From IMG/VR virus record IMGVR_UViG_3300042451_000960: a DNA stretch of 64,000 nucleotides, one strand, 5' to 3'. The notes beneath the pieces are model-generated. The model was not told where the DNA came from. It was given only the letters and a program-made list of their open reading frames with translations, and did not search any database. Positions within the stretch are counted from its first letter, which is position 1. Each line of letters begins with the position of its first letter. Below are positions 46,759 through 54,637 of the stretch, piece by piece. The stretch comes from a virus. Its lineage: Duplodnaviria > Caudoviricetes. The translations under genes were made by a program, and so were the position numbers.

Positions 46759-49232
46759 AATGTTAAATTTAATGTTAATGAAATTGTTTGTTCGTTGTTT
46801 ATTTTTATTAGATTTCGGTTTTGTAACTTTTGATAATAGATTGATGATTGGCCAAATACATCACCTACTGCCAATTTTATTTCCCCATTTTTGAGTTTAT
46901 GTAAAAGAGTTATATCCAATACATCTCTGCTGTTTTCAAATATGTCTGGGTAACCCTGAAATCCTACTGCTGATATTCTATCACCTACTCTATTGTAAGT
47001 TATGTTAAGTGTGTTTTTATTTTTGTGAATATTAACACCACCATTTATTACATAGTTTGATTGCCCTTGTAATTGTCTTTTTATTCCATTTACATTTACT
47101 TCAGAATTCATTACCGAAGTATTGGTATATACATCTAACCAACTCATTACCTTTTTACGAAACTCCAATTCAACACCATAAAGAAGTGCATTATCAGGAT
47201 TTGTATAAGTTAATAATAAGTTAGATGGAACTGAACCATCTGCTACTATTTGTTCTATCGGTCTAATGAATTGTTTACCAAATACGGATACTGAAATATT
47301 CTCTCCTGCTTTTGGATATAGTTCCCATTTCAAATCTACATTATATATGTCAGATTTTTCTAATTTAGAATTACCCAATATTTGTGCGTTTCTTACAAAA
47401 TCATAATAAGCAAAATTAGCTACTTCTCTAAATTCAGGTCTTGCCAATGTTTTACTTAATGAAAATCTATACTTTGTTTTTTCTAAATTGTAAGAAAGGT
47501 TTAATGATGGTAAAAGGTCTAAATACTCTCTATTCACATTTACTTTCTGTCCACTAAAATCTGCTGTATTAACATTGAATAGATTATACTCACCTCTCAA
47601 ACCTGTATTTAGTTTCCACTTACCCCATTCGTTTTCATACATTGAATAAAGAGAACCTAAATCAAAATCAGCAGTATATCTATCGGTATTGTTTGTTATT
47701 TCATCTAACATATCAGTTGAAAGGTATCTGAATATTCTTGCATTAAATCCTCTAATCTTTTTTAGATAACCACCACCAACTTTAATGTTACCAAACGATT
47801 TGTTGATGTTACCATTAAAACTATTCTCATCCATTACACTCCAAAAACGATATGTATCTCTCCATGCAGTAGCATAAGGTTCGTTTACACCTAATGATTT
47901 TGTAATTGGATTTACTCTATAATCGGGCTGTTCTCTGAATATAAAATTATACCCTAAATTGAAATCCCAATCTTTAAGTTTACCATCTAATTGAGAATTG
48001 ATTACAATATTATTAATGTGGTTAGATGAATTACTTAAAACATTTTGAACATTATCAAAGTTATCACCACTACGGGTTAGGTATGTATCATCTGCCTGAT
48101 AGTTTACTAATGTTTTCCAGCTATATCGATTTTCACCTAAATAAGTTAAGTTTAATAAACCATTTGTAGAAAATCTTTTTGTATATAAAATATCTTTATA
48201 ATCGTATGCTAATTCAGTTGATGATTGATAATCCTTTCTTTCAATATTATTTAGAGTAAATGTGTTTCTTACAGTTGAACTAAATAAGGAATTAAATTTT
48301 CCTTTTGTATAACCAAACGAAAGACCTCCATTTAAGTTTGGAGTAGATGTAAAGGATTCTTCCGTTGGATTGCCGAATTGCTTTGTAAATAATCTCTTAT
48401 CACCATTGCCACTAATACGATATTTGTAAGTGGATGGGAATGTGGAAGGGAATTCGGTAGCTTGAACTAACTTGAAACCTTTCGAAGTTGAAACCGAACC
48501 CCAACCACTTCCCAATGAGATATTGAAGAAATTATCGGATACTTCTTTTGTTGTAATCTGAACCAATCCACCACTCCAATCTCCCGGCTGATTTGCGGAT
48601 GCTGATTTAGAAACTATAATGTTATCAATTAATGCGGTTGGAATTATATCAAATGAAAATGCTCTCCTATCAGGTTCGGTTGATGGTAGAAGTGTTTTGT
48701 TTAGAATGGCTGAATTGTATCTATCTGCCAATCCTCTTACTAATACAAACTTATCGTTTTGAATTGTTACACCACTTACTCTTTTAAGTGCATCACCCAC
48801 ATTTCTATCGGGTGTTTTTTTAATGAATTCTATTGATACTCCATCCGATACCACATTACTATTTCGGATTGTTCTTACTACCGCTACTTCGGTTACTTTT
48901 TGAGGTGCCGCTCTAACAACAACTTCTGATAATTGTTTTGCATCATCCGCAAATACAATATCAAATGTAGTATCTGATGTTAGGTTTATTTGATTTGTGT
49001 AAGTAGTATATCCAACATAAGATGCTTTGATTTGATATACACCGGATTTTAGATTGATTTTGTATTCTGCGTTTTCATTTGATATGGTAGAAAACTTATT
49101 ACCATTTACATCTTCAAATGTAATGTGAGAAAAATATATTTTTTCCGAGTTTGATTTGGTTACACCATTTACATTTACTTGTGCGAATGAAAATATTGGT
49201 AACAATAGTAAAATAAAAAAGAAACGTTTCAT
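46755..49232 (-). CDS. TonB-dependent outer-membrane receptor
   Basis: Signal peptide; carboxypeptidase-regulatory-like N-domain (ASYVGY); plug (DALKRVSGVT...VRGLADRYN...DIIP...IIVSKS); barrel motifs (LLPSLNLSY, RPEFRE, YGVELEFRK). Confidence 0.92.
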   Translation of the reverse strand: MKRFFFILLLLPIFSFAQVNVNGVTKSNSEKIYFSHITFEDVNGNKFSTISNENAEYKINLKSGVYQIKASYVGYTTYTNQINLTSDTTFDIVFADDAKQLSEVVVRAAPQKVTEVAVVRTIRNSNVVSDGVSIEFIKKTPDRNVGDALKRVSGVTIQNDKFVLVRGLADRYNSAILNKTLLPSTEPDRRAFSFDIIPTALIDNIIVSKSASANQPGDWSGGLVQITTKEVSDNFFNISLGSGWGSVSTSKGFKLVQATEFPSTFPSTYKYRISGNGDKRLFTKQFGNPTEESFTSTPNLNGGLSFGYTKGKFNSLFSSTVRNTFTLNNIERKDYQSSTELAYDYKDILYTKRFSTNGLLNLTYLGENRYSWKTLVNYQADDTYLTRSGDNFDNVQNVLSNSSNHINNIVINSQLDGKLKDWDFNLGYNFIFREQPDYRVNPITKSLGVNEPYATAWRDTYRFWSVMDENSFNGNINKSFGNIKVGGGYLKKIRGFNARIFRYLSTDMLDEITNNTDRYTADFDLGSLYSMYENEWGKWKLNTGLRGEYNLFNVNTADFSGQKVNVNREYLDLLPSLNLSYNLEKTKYRFSLSKTLARPEFREVANFAYYDFVRNAQILGNSKLEKSDIYNVDLKWELYPKAGENISVSVFGKQFIRPIEQIVADGSVPSNLLLTYTNPDNALLYGVELEFRKKVMSWLDVYTNTSVMNSEVNVNGIKRQLQGQSNYVINGGVNIHKNKNTLNITYNRVGDRISAVGFQGYPDIFENSRDVLDITLLHKLKNGEIKLAVGDVFGQSSIYYQKLQNRNLIKINNEQTISLTLNLTL

Positions 49233-49252
49233 ATAGTTTGAGTTAGTTCCCC

Positions 49253-49261
49253 AATAACTAT
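49253..49261 (-). promoter_or_regulatory. Phage-specific promoter motif variant ATAGTTATT
   Basis: Intergenic, 20 nt upstream of the ATG at 49232. Confidence 0.45.
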
Positions 49262-49301
49262 ATTAACGTTTCTTCAAAAAAGTTAATTCAATATTATCAA
49301 A

Positions 49302-50111
49302 TTATGAAGAAATTCCACATAATGTTAGGAATTCCTCAGCATTATGTATAACATCTTCTGATTTGAACTTTCTTAACATAGAATCAGCTATCTCTTTTCT
49401 ATTGTTCATATCATCCACCATACGAAGTATTTCAGCAACACCTACAACCATATCTCTGTCGTTTTCATGCCCCTGTCCAACTTCTACTTCTTTCATAACA
49501 CCTTCTTTACATACCTTCCATCCACCACCTTTTGATTTATAGTTCTTTGCAGCCCAGCCGTTTGCATAAGCTGATGGATATACATCAAACTTCTTTTTAG
49601 CTGCTGCTTTAGATGCTGACCATTTACCTGGGTCAGTTGGACAATTCTTTTCTAAGAACAATTGCATTTTTTCTTCTATTGTCATACTTTCGTTTTTCTT
49701 TTTACCAGCACAATGTGCTTTTTGTGAGAATCCTTTTGGATTACTACAATTGATTGATTTCTTATATTTTGTACTCCACTTTTCTTCCAATCCTTCACTA
49801 GCTCCAGTCTTTACGAATGTAGGTTTCTGTCCTTTCTTTTGTTCACCACCTTTCTTACTATCACCAGCTTTGGATTGTGCAGCTCTCTTTCTTTTTACAA
49901 ATGCAGCAATACCATCTTTACCTAACTTAGCTGCTTTCTCTTTTGATAAACAAGCTGCATACGAATCTCCTTTCTCACTATCTCCACATTTACCTGCTTT
50001 CTCTCCTTTACTATTATATCTATCCCAGCCACCACCAGTAGTAGAGCCTTCACCACCTTTGCCAAACCATTTACGGAGGTCTTCGTTTACGATATTACTT
50101 AACTTTATCAA
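49302..50111 (-). CDS. Basic multi-module protein with MIKLSNIVNE leader (putative head-packaged protein)
   Basis: TTG start; small Cys/Lys-rich modules (DLRKWF..., SINCSNPKGFSQKAHC, NCPTDP...YPSAYANGW) separated by xxE junctions. Confidence 0.75.
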   Translation of the reverse strand: MIKLSNIVNEDLRKWFGKGGEGSTTGGGWDRYNSKGEKAGKCGDSEKGDSYAACLSKEKAAKLGKDGIAAFVKRKRAAQSKAGDSKKGGEQKKGQKPTFVKTGASEGLEEKWSTKYKKSINCSNPKGFSQKAHCAGKKKNESMTIEEKMQLFLEKNCPTDPGKWSASKAAAKKKFDVYPSAYANGWAAKNYKSKGGGWKVCKEGVMKEVEVGQGHENDRDMVVGVAEILRMVDDMNNRKEIADSMLRKFKSEDVIHNAEEFLTLCGISS

Positions 50112-50217
50112 TTTCTAATTTTTTTAATATTGCTAAATTTGCATCTATTAATTTCTTTTTCTTCAAACCACTTCTTCTACTTCTCATTGGTTTTGGTTTT
50201 TTTGCTGCACTTCCCAT
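50095..50217 (-). CDS. Small very basic protein (40 aa)
   Basis: Not in the track. Hand translation MGSAAKKPKPMRSRRSGLKKKKLIDANLAILKKLEIDKVK fills the gap between its neighbours. Confidence 0.6.
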   Translation of the reverse strand: MGSAAKKPKPMRSRRSGLKKKKLIDANLAILKKLEIDKVK

Positions 50218-50221
50218 ATTA

Positions 50222-50950
50222 TTACTTAGCGAATACGCCCTTTTTAATTAATTTATCTAAAATGTTTGCACAAGCTACATCCAATGCTTTCTTAGTTGAA
50301 ATACTAATTGTTGATTGGTTAAACTTAATCGGGTCTACTGAAGCATCTGAAACTAAAGTAAGTTCTCTAGTTGTTTTAGCTTCACCTAAACCAGATGCTG
50401 CTATGATTGAACCATTTTCTGCATTTGTGAAACGTACTTGTAAACCTAAACGAGTTACTAAGTTATCTTTGATACCATCTTTTAAGTTAATAGTTTCATC
50501 TTCTGATACTGAATAATCATATACTTCAATCTCTACAAAGTAATGTGCTAACTTAATATTTCCTCTACCTTCTATTTTGTTTTCTGAAATTCCAGCGTTT
50601 GATGCTTTGAATTGTTGCACCATTCTGTTTTTGATTTCAGTCTTATCTTCGGTAAATTCAAATCTATTAAGGTTATCTAAATATTCTAATACGATATTTG
50701 CAACACCCAATCCAACTCTTTTTTCTTTTAATTCAGGATACATTTCGTACACTTCTTCACCAATACCACACTTTAAGATTTGGATATACTTTTTAGGTCC
50801 TTCATAGTCCAAATAAGCAGATATATCTTTTTTCTTTTCAAAATCTGCTTTGAATTCTTCAGTCTTTGTTTTTCCTATTGTTTGAGCAGTTAGGACATTT
50901 ACACCACTCGTAATCAATAATATACCTAATAATATTAATAATTTTTTCAT
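50222..50950 (-). CDS. CsgG/HfaB-like secreted or outer-membrane protein
   Basis: Signal peptide; LGVANIVLEYL..LNRFEFTE...IEVYDYSV...LGLQVRFTNAENGSII topology resembles the CsgG family. Confidence 0.65.
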   Translation of the reverse strand: MKKLLILLGILLITSGVNVLTAQTIGKTKTEEFKADFEKKKDISAYLDYEGPKKYIQILKCGIGEEVYEMYPELKEKRVGLGVANIVLEYLDNLNRFEFTEDKTEIKNRMVQQFKASNAGISENKIEGRGNIKLAHYFVEIEVYDYSVSEDETINLKDGIKDNLVTRLGLQVRFTNAENGSIIAASGLGEAKTTRELTLVSDASVDPIKFNQSTISISTKKALDVACANILDKLIKKGVFAK

Positions 50951-50966
50951 ACATTTTGTTGTTTGA

Positions 50967-51007
50967 TATAAATATAAAAAAAGGGAGAAACGATGTTCTC
51001 CCCTTAA
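50967..51007 (-). repeat. Terminator + promoter cassette copy 1 (~41 bp)
   Basis: tataaatataaaaaaagggagaaacgatgttctccccttaa; near-identical to 52422..52461; stem GGGAGAA/TTCTCCC. Confidence 0.85.
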
Positions 51008-51008
51008 T

Positions 51009-51485
51009 TTACTTTTGATTTGGGTCTTCTAAATTTTTGATGTATTCATCAATCAATCTACTTACGGCTTCAGGTTTATCATCAGCCTTAAACTTAACCC
51101 TTATTTTAGCGGTACCTGTTTCATTTGGGTTAAATCCAGAATCAACCTCAATACCTTTAATATTGTGTTCGTATCCTTTTTTCTTAAATAATCCTAAAAG
51201 AGATTTTTTAAGATTGGATACATCTTTTTCCTCATCACCAAATATTAGTCTACAAGTAAACTCAATATCTAATTCATCCAATCCAATAGATGAGTGGTCT
51301 GCTAAAATATAAAGAGGTACAACCAAATCCTTACCACCTATATTAAAGGAAGTAGTTTTGGGTGTACCATCTTCATTGAAATAGTTTCGGAGAGCATTAA
51401 TATGCTGTCTTTCACTTATACCTTGAGAAACCATGGCGGCTTCTAATAGACCGCCAACTAGTTCCTCTACATTTAATCTTGCCAT
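51009..51485 (-). CDS. DUF2589-like protein (partner of the upstream gene)
   Basis: LNVEELVGGLLEAAMVSQ...LVVPLYILADHSSIGLDELDIEF pattern. Confidence 0.65.
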   Translation of the reverse strand: MARLNVEELVGGLLEAAMVSQGISERQHINALRNYFNEDGTPKTTSFNIGGKDLVVPLYILADHSSIGLDELDIEFTCRLIFGDEEKDVSNLKKSLLGLFKKKGYEHNIKGIEVDSGFNPNETGTAKIRVKFKADDKPEAVSRLIDEYIKNLEDPNQK

Positions 51486-51513
51486 ATATTGTAACCTTTA
51501 TTGTTTTTTATTA

Positions 51514-52128
51514 TTACTTCTTACCACCACCAGTTGCTGGGTCTTCAGTAAGTGGAATTAAAGATGGTTCTAACATTTGAGTTAGGTAATCTGATAATTT
51601 CAACATACCTTCAGTTGCTGGTAATTGCTCAGCGTGTACTTTTACATTGTATTTAGCTGAGTTGTCAGTACTTCTAGTGTTCTCTTTGTTTGTAGCTACT
51701 TTACCAGAAATTTTTGCATTCCAGCTCATACCCCAAAATCTACCACCAGCTGATACTTCAACACTGCTTTCAGTTTTTACATCACTTTTTTCTGTCTCTG
51801 AAGTTTTTACTTCCATAGCAAATTCAATATCTGCTGAAGTAATTGCTAATGAAGGAAGTGGTACTAATGGTAACATAGGAACTTTACTATAAATTTTTTG
51901 TAGTTTTTGTTCACCTGTTGCACCATCGGTTACAACTCTGTTCATTTCAACATCTAAAGCACGTGCTTTAGTTTTTTTAGTTTTCTCATCCGTTACGAAT
52001 GCTACTTCAGAAATGTATTTCCAAGTTACTTCGTTTAATTTTGCTTGACCTTTTGCCATACCAACAATCGGTGAAACAATCAAGTCTTCAATAGGAAGAC
52101 CTGCGAATTGGTCTGCGATACCTGCCAT
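51514..52128 (-). CDS. DUF2589-like protein
   Basis: FAGLPIEDLIVSPIVGMAKGQAKL...VPMLPLVPLPSLAITSADIEFAMEV...KYNVKVHA...EGMLKL. Confidence 0.75.
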   Translation of the reverse strand: MAGIADQFAGLPIEDLIVSPIVGMAKGQAKLNEVTWKYISEVAFVTDEKTKKTKARALDVEMNRVVTDGATGEQKLQKIYSKVPMLPLVPLPSLAITSADIEFAMEVKTSETEKSDVKTESSVEVSAGGRFWGMSWNAKISGKVATNKENTRSTDNSAKYNVKVHAEQLPATEGMLKLSDYLTQMLEPSLIPLTEDPATGGGKK

Positions 52129-52169
52129 AAAATATTGTTTTTTTAATTAATTTTTGTAACTTGTTTGAA

Positions 52170-52178
52170 CATAAATAT
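52170..52178 (-). promoter_or_regulatory. Phage-specific promoter motif ATATTTATG
   Basis: Intergenic, upstream of the ATG at 52128. Confidence 0.55.
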
Positions 52179-52203
52179 CTCAAAATTTGATAAACCCTAC
52201 TAA

Positions 52204-52407
52204 TTATCCAAACTTTACCATTCCTTGGTATTGCTTCTTTACTTTTTCAATTTCGGCAATAGCCTCATTATATTTGTTCTTTATCTCATCATTTACACTA
52301 AAATCCAAAATAGTTTCACAATGCGGACAAGCTGAAACTGGATGTTTGATAATAAATTCTAACGTTAAATCAATTGGTTTTCTGCAAGAAGGACAGGGTA
52401 GAGCCAT
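52204..52407 (-). CDS. Small zinc-ribbon protein
   Basis: CPSC...CPHC. Confidence 0.7.
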   Translation of the reverse strand: MALPCPSCRKPIDLTLEFIIKHPVSACPHCETILDFSVNDEIKNKYNEAIAEIEKVKKQYQGMVKFG

Positions 52408-52421
52408 AACATTTTATTTAG

Positions 52422-52461
52422 TATAAATATAAAAAAGGGAGAAACTATGTTCTCCCCTTAA
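52422..52461 (-). repeat. Terminator + promoter cassette copy 2 (~40 bp)
   Basis: tataaatataaaaaagggagaaactatgttctccccttaa; differs from copy 1 by one A and one substitution. Confidence 0.85.
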
Positions 52462-52499
52462 AATATTTCCGCCCTTCCTACAGTTAAAGGAAATATCAA

Positions 52500-52766
52500 T
52501 TATCCTAGTTCTTCTTCGGAACTTTCTTTCTTCCCATCAGCTTTTTTGTTGATGTATTTATCAACTGAAGCAATGCCGAAAGAACCTAAAGTGATAACCA
52601 AAAATCCGTTGAAGATGTATTCGTTAATCAAAAGTTCCTTACCTAGCCATCCGGTGATAAGGTCTACAAACAAAGCTATAACCATCATTGTGAATGACAA
52701 GAATCCAACTACTGATTTTTCGTTGATGTCATTGTTGTCTTTAAAAAGGTCTTTAATAAATCCCAT
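52500..52766 (-). CDS. Small two-TM membrane protein (holin-like)
   Basis: Two hydrophobic helices and a charged C-terminal tail. Confidence 0.6.
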   Translation of the reverse strand: MGFIKDLFKDNNDINEKSVVGFLSFTMMVIALFVDLITGWLGKELLINEYIFNGFLVITLGSFGIASVDKYINKKADGKKESSEEELG

Positions 52767-52802
52767 TTTTCTTTAATTTAATGTTACTTTTATTGTAACC
52801 TA

Positions 52803-53471
52803 TTAGCCTGCTTGTTCAGCATCTTCATCTTTTATTTTTCCACATTTCAAACATTCCAAGTCACCATCGTTATCGGAATCTCCCCAAATGTGTTCACATT
52901 GTCTGTGTGCGAAATATACATCAATCTTACCATCACCATCAAAGTCAATACCATCCATTACACCATCACCATCTTCATCAACTTCTACACCAGTTCTACC
53001 TACTTTTGGAGTTGGAGCGGTTACAGCGTCTGTAATTTGTGATTCAACCTTTTCTTCTTTTGGTTTGTTAGCTTCAATCAAATTGATTTCATGTGCATTT
53101 TTTGCAGCTTGAACAAATGCATCAGGAATTAATGGAGTATTATTTGGTGGAGTTACAGGCATATCAGCTGTGTTGCTTAATGATGTGCCATCTTCTTCAT
53201 CCATTTTCTGAACTAACATCTTATCCTTATCAGTATCACTAAACCAATAATCTATAATCTTACCATAAGAACCAATGAAAGCGCCTAACAACAATAAGAG
53301 AAGTTCTTTCCATTCTCCTTCTATTGCAGATTTATTAAAAATAGCAAAGAACATGCCTGCCATTATAAACATAAACCCACCTAATACCATAGCAGTAATA
53401 TACCATCTACGGCTCATCATTTTATTTAATAATTCTTTAAATCCACTTGGTGGTTGTTGATTGTTACTCAT
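52803..53471 (-). CDS. Two-TM membrane protein with DxDxDG (EF-hand-like) repeats and a C-terminal Cys/His motif
   Basis: Likely start MSNNQQ at 53471 (overlaps the upstream stop); DEDGDGVMDGIDFDGDGKID; CEHIW...CLKCG. Confidence 0.75.
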   Translation of the reverse strand: MSNNQQPPSGFKELLNKMMSRRWYITAMVLGGFMFIMAGMFFAIFNKSAIEGEWKELLLLLLGAFIGSYGKIIDYWFSDTDKDKMLVQKMDEEDGTSLSNTADMPVTPPNNTPLIPDAFVQAAKNAHEINLIEANKPKEEKVESQITDAVTAPTPKVGRTGVEVDEDGDGVMDGIDFDGDGKIDVYFAHRQCEHIWGDSDNDGDLECLKCGKIKDEDAEQAG

Positions 53472-53562
53472 TTTCTTTTCGTATTCTTTCGTTATTTGCA
53501 TGATTCATAGCCCATAATAACAAGGCTATAAAAAATAATGTAACCCCTATCTTATATCCCAT
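53464..53562 (-). CDS. Tiny single-TM protein (32 aa)
   Basis: Not in the track. Hand translation MGYKIGVTLFFIALLLWAMNHANNERIRKENE fills the gap and is coupled to both neighbours. Confidence 0.55.
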   Translation of the reverse strand: MGYKIGVTLFFIALLLWAMNHANNERIRKENE

Positions 53563-53565
53563 ATA

Positions 53566-53877
53566 TTACCACTCAGCTGGTTTCTCTTTGAACTCATCAC
53601 CTTCTTTTTTCTTAGGTTTTGGTGCTGCTTCTTTAACTGTTTCTTTTTCTTTTACAATTACAGTTTTACCACCACCTGCTGATTGTGATTGTTGGTTGGT
53701 GTTGTTAATGTTAATTACTGGTGCAGGTGCTACTGCAGGAGCTGCTTCTTCACCGCCTGTAATTTTTGTTACACCCCAAGTACCTAAGCCCATAACTGCT
53801 GTTGTTGCAACACCAATTATTGTTTTTTTCAAACCTGACCAAGTACCGTCATTTGTGCTTTCTACTTCTTCTGACAT
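53566..53877 (-). CDS. Single-TM hypothetical protein with a low-complexity tail
   Basis: 103 aa; IIGVATTAVMGLGTWGV helix. Confidence 0.7.
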   Translation of the reverse strand: MSEEVESTNDGTWSGLKKTIIGVATTAVMGLGTWGVTKITGGEEAAPAVAPAPVININNTNQQSQSAGGGKTVIVKEKETVKEAAPKPKKKEGDEFKEKPAEW

Positions 53878-53904
53878 TTTGTTTTTATTTTAATGTTACA
53901 AATT

Positions 53905-54276
53905 TTATAACTTATTAAAATCGGTAATACCAATCATCTTACCATTAACATCATACAAACCGATACGATATGCAGATGGTGGAAAAGCGTTAGTATATAC
54001 CTTTAGTATATTATCACCAGAATTTGCGTACATAGTTTCTTTAGATACTACTCTATTAGCAATATCAAAGATTTTTATAGTAACGTTTCCAGCGTTTTCT
54101 AACTTAACATTGATTGCAACCTCTGAAGTAACGAATACTGATTGTAATTTCAAACCAGCTGCGGCTTCTATTTTTAGTTCTGAATTTGGTGTTGGTTGAG
54201 GATAAGGATACTCATCAAACTTTGTACACCCAGCGAAAATTAGTACTCCAAATAATAATATGATTACTTTTTTCAT
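53905..54276 (-). CDS. Lipoprotein consisting of a T9SS-CTD/FlgD-like Ig domain
   Basis: Lipobox FAGC + TKFDE; VTIKIFDIANRVV...G.N.L...YRIGLYD.NG. Confidence 0.7.
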   Translation of the reverse strand: MKKVIILLFGVLIFAGCTKFDEYPYPQPTPNSELKIEAAAGLKLQSVFVTSEVAINVKLENAGNVTIKIFDIANRVVSKETMYANSGDNILKVYTNAFPPSAYRIGLYDVNGKMIGITDFNKL

Positions 54277-54289
54277 TTTTTCTAATTTA

Positions 54290-54637
54290 TTAGTTTATTA
54301 AAAGTAACGTTTTACCTATTTGTTTACCACTTTCATCTTCAAGTGATAAATATAAATATTTTGATTGTAACGATTTTGTCCACATTTTTAAGGAATTTAT
54401 TCCAGTTTTACCAACTATTTTTTCTCTAATTAAAACTTGTTCGGTTTCTTTATCAGTAAGTGTTAGTGTGTATATTCCATCAATTTGTAAATTAAATTTA
54501 ATATCCTGTCCATCGGAAACTTGAGCTTCCTTTACAGAAAATATATCTTCAACTTTTGGTGGTATTGGTTCTATATCAAATTTTCTACATCCTACCAAAG
54601 TTAAACAAAATAATATTACAATTCCTATTCGTTTCAT
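54290..54637 (-). CDS. Lipoprotein, paralogue of 53905..54276
   Basis: Lipobox LVGC + RKFDIE; YTLTLTD...G.NSLKMWTKSL...YLYLSLED.SG. Confidence 0.7.
   Translation of the reverse strand: MKRIGIVILFCLTLVGCRKFDIEPIPPKVEDIFSVKEAQVSDGQDIKFNLQIDGIYTLTLTDKETEQVLIREKIVGKTGINSLKMWTKSLQSKYLYLSLEDESGKQIGKTLLLIN

Noticed and set aside
52463-52495. Weak inverted repeat ATATTTCC...GGAAATAT next to cassette 2
   Set aside because: An 8-bp AT-rich stem with a long loop and no U-tract; insufficient to call a terminator or ncRNA.
53472-53501. Track start (53501) for the 232-aa membrane protein
   Set aside because: The ATG at 53471 overlaps the stop of a 32-aa upstream ORF and is the more plausible start; the extra 10 codons belong to that ORF's region.
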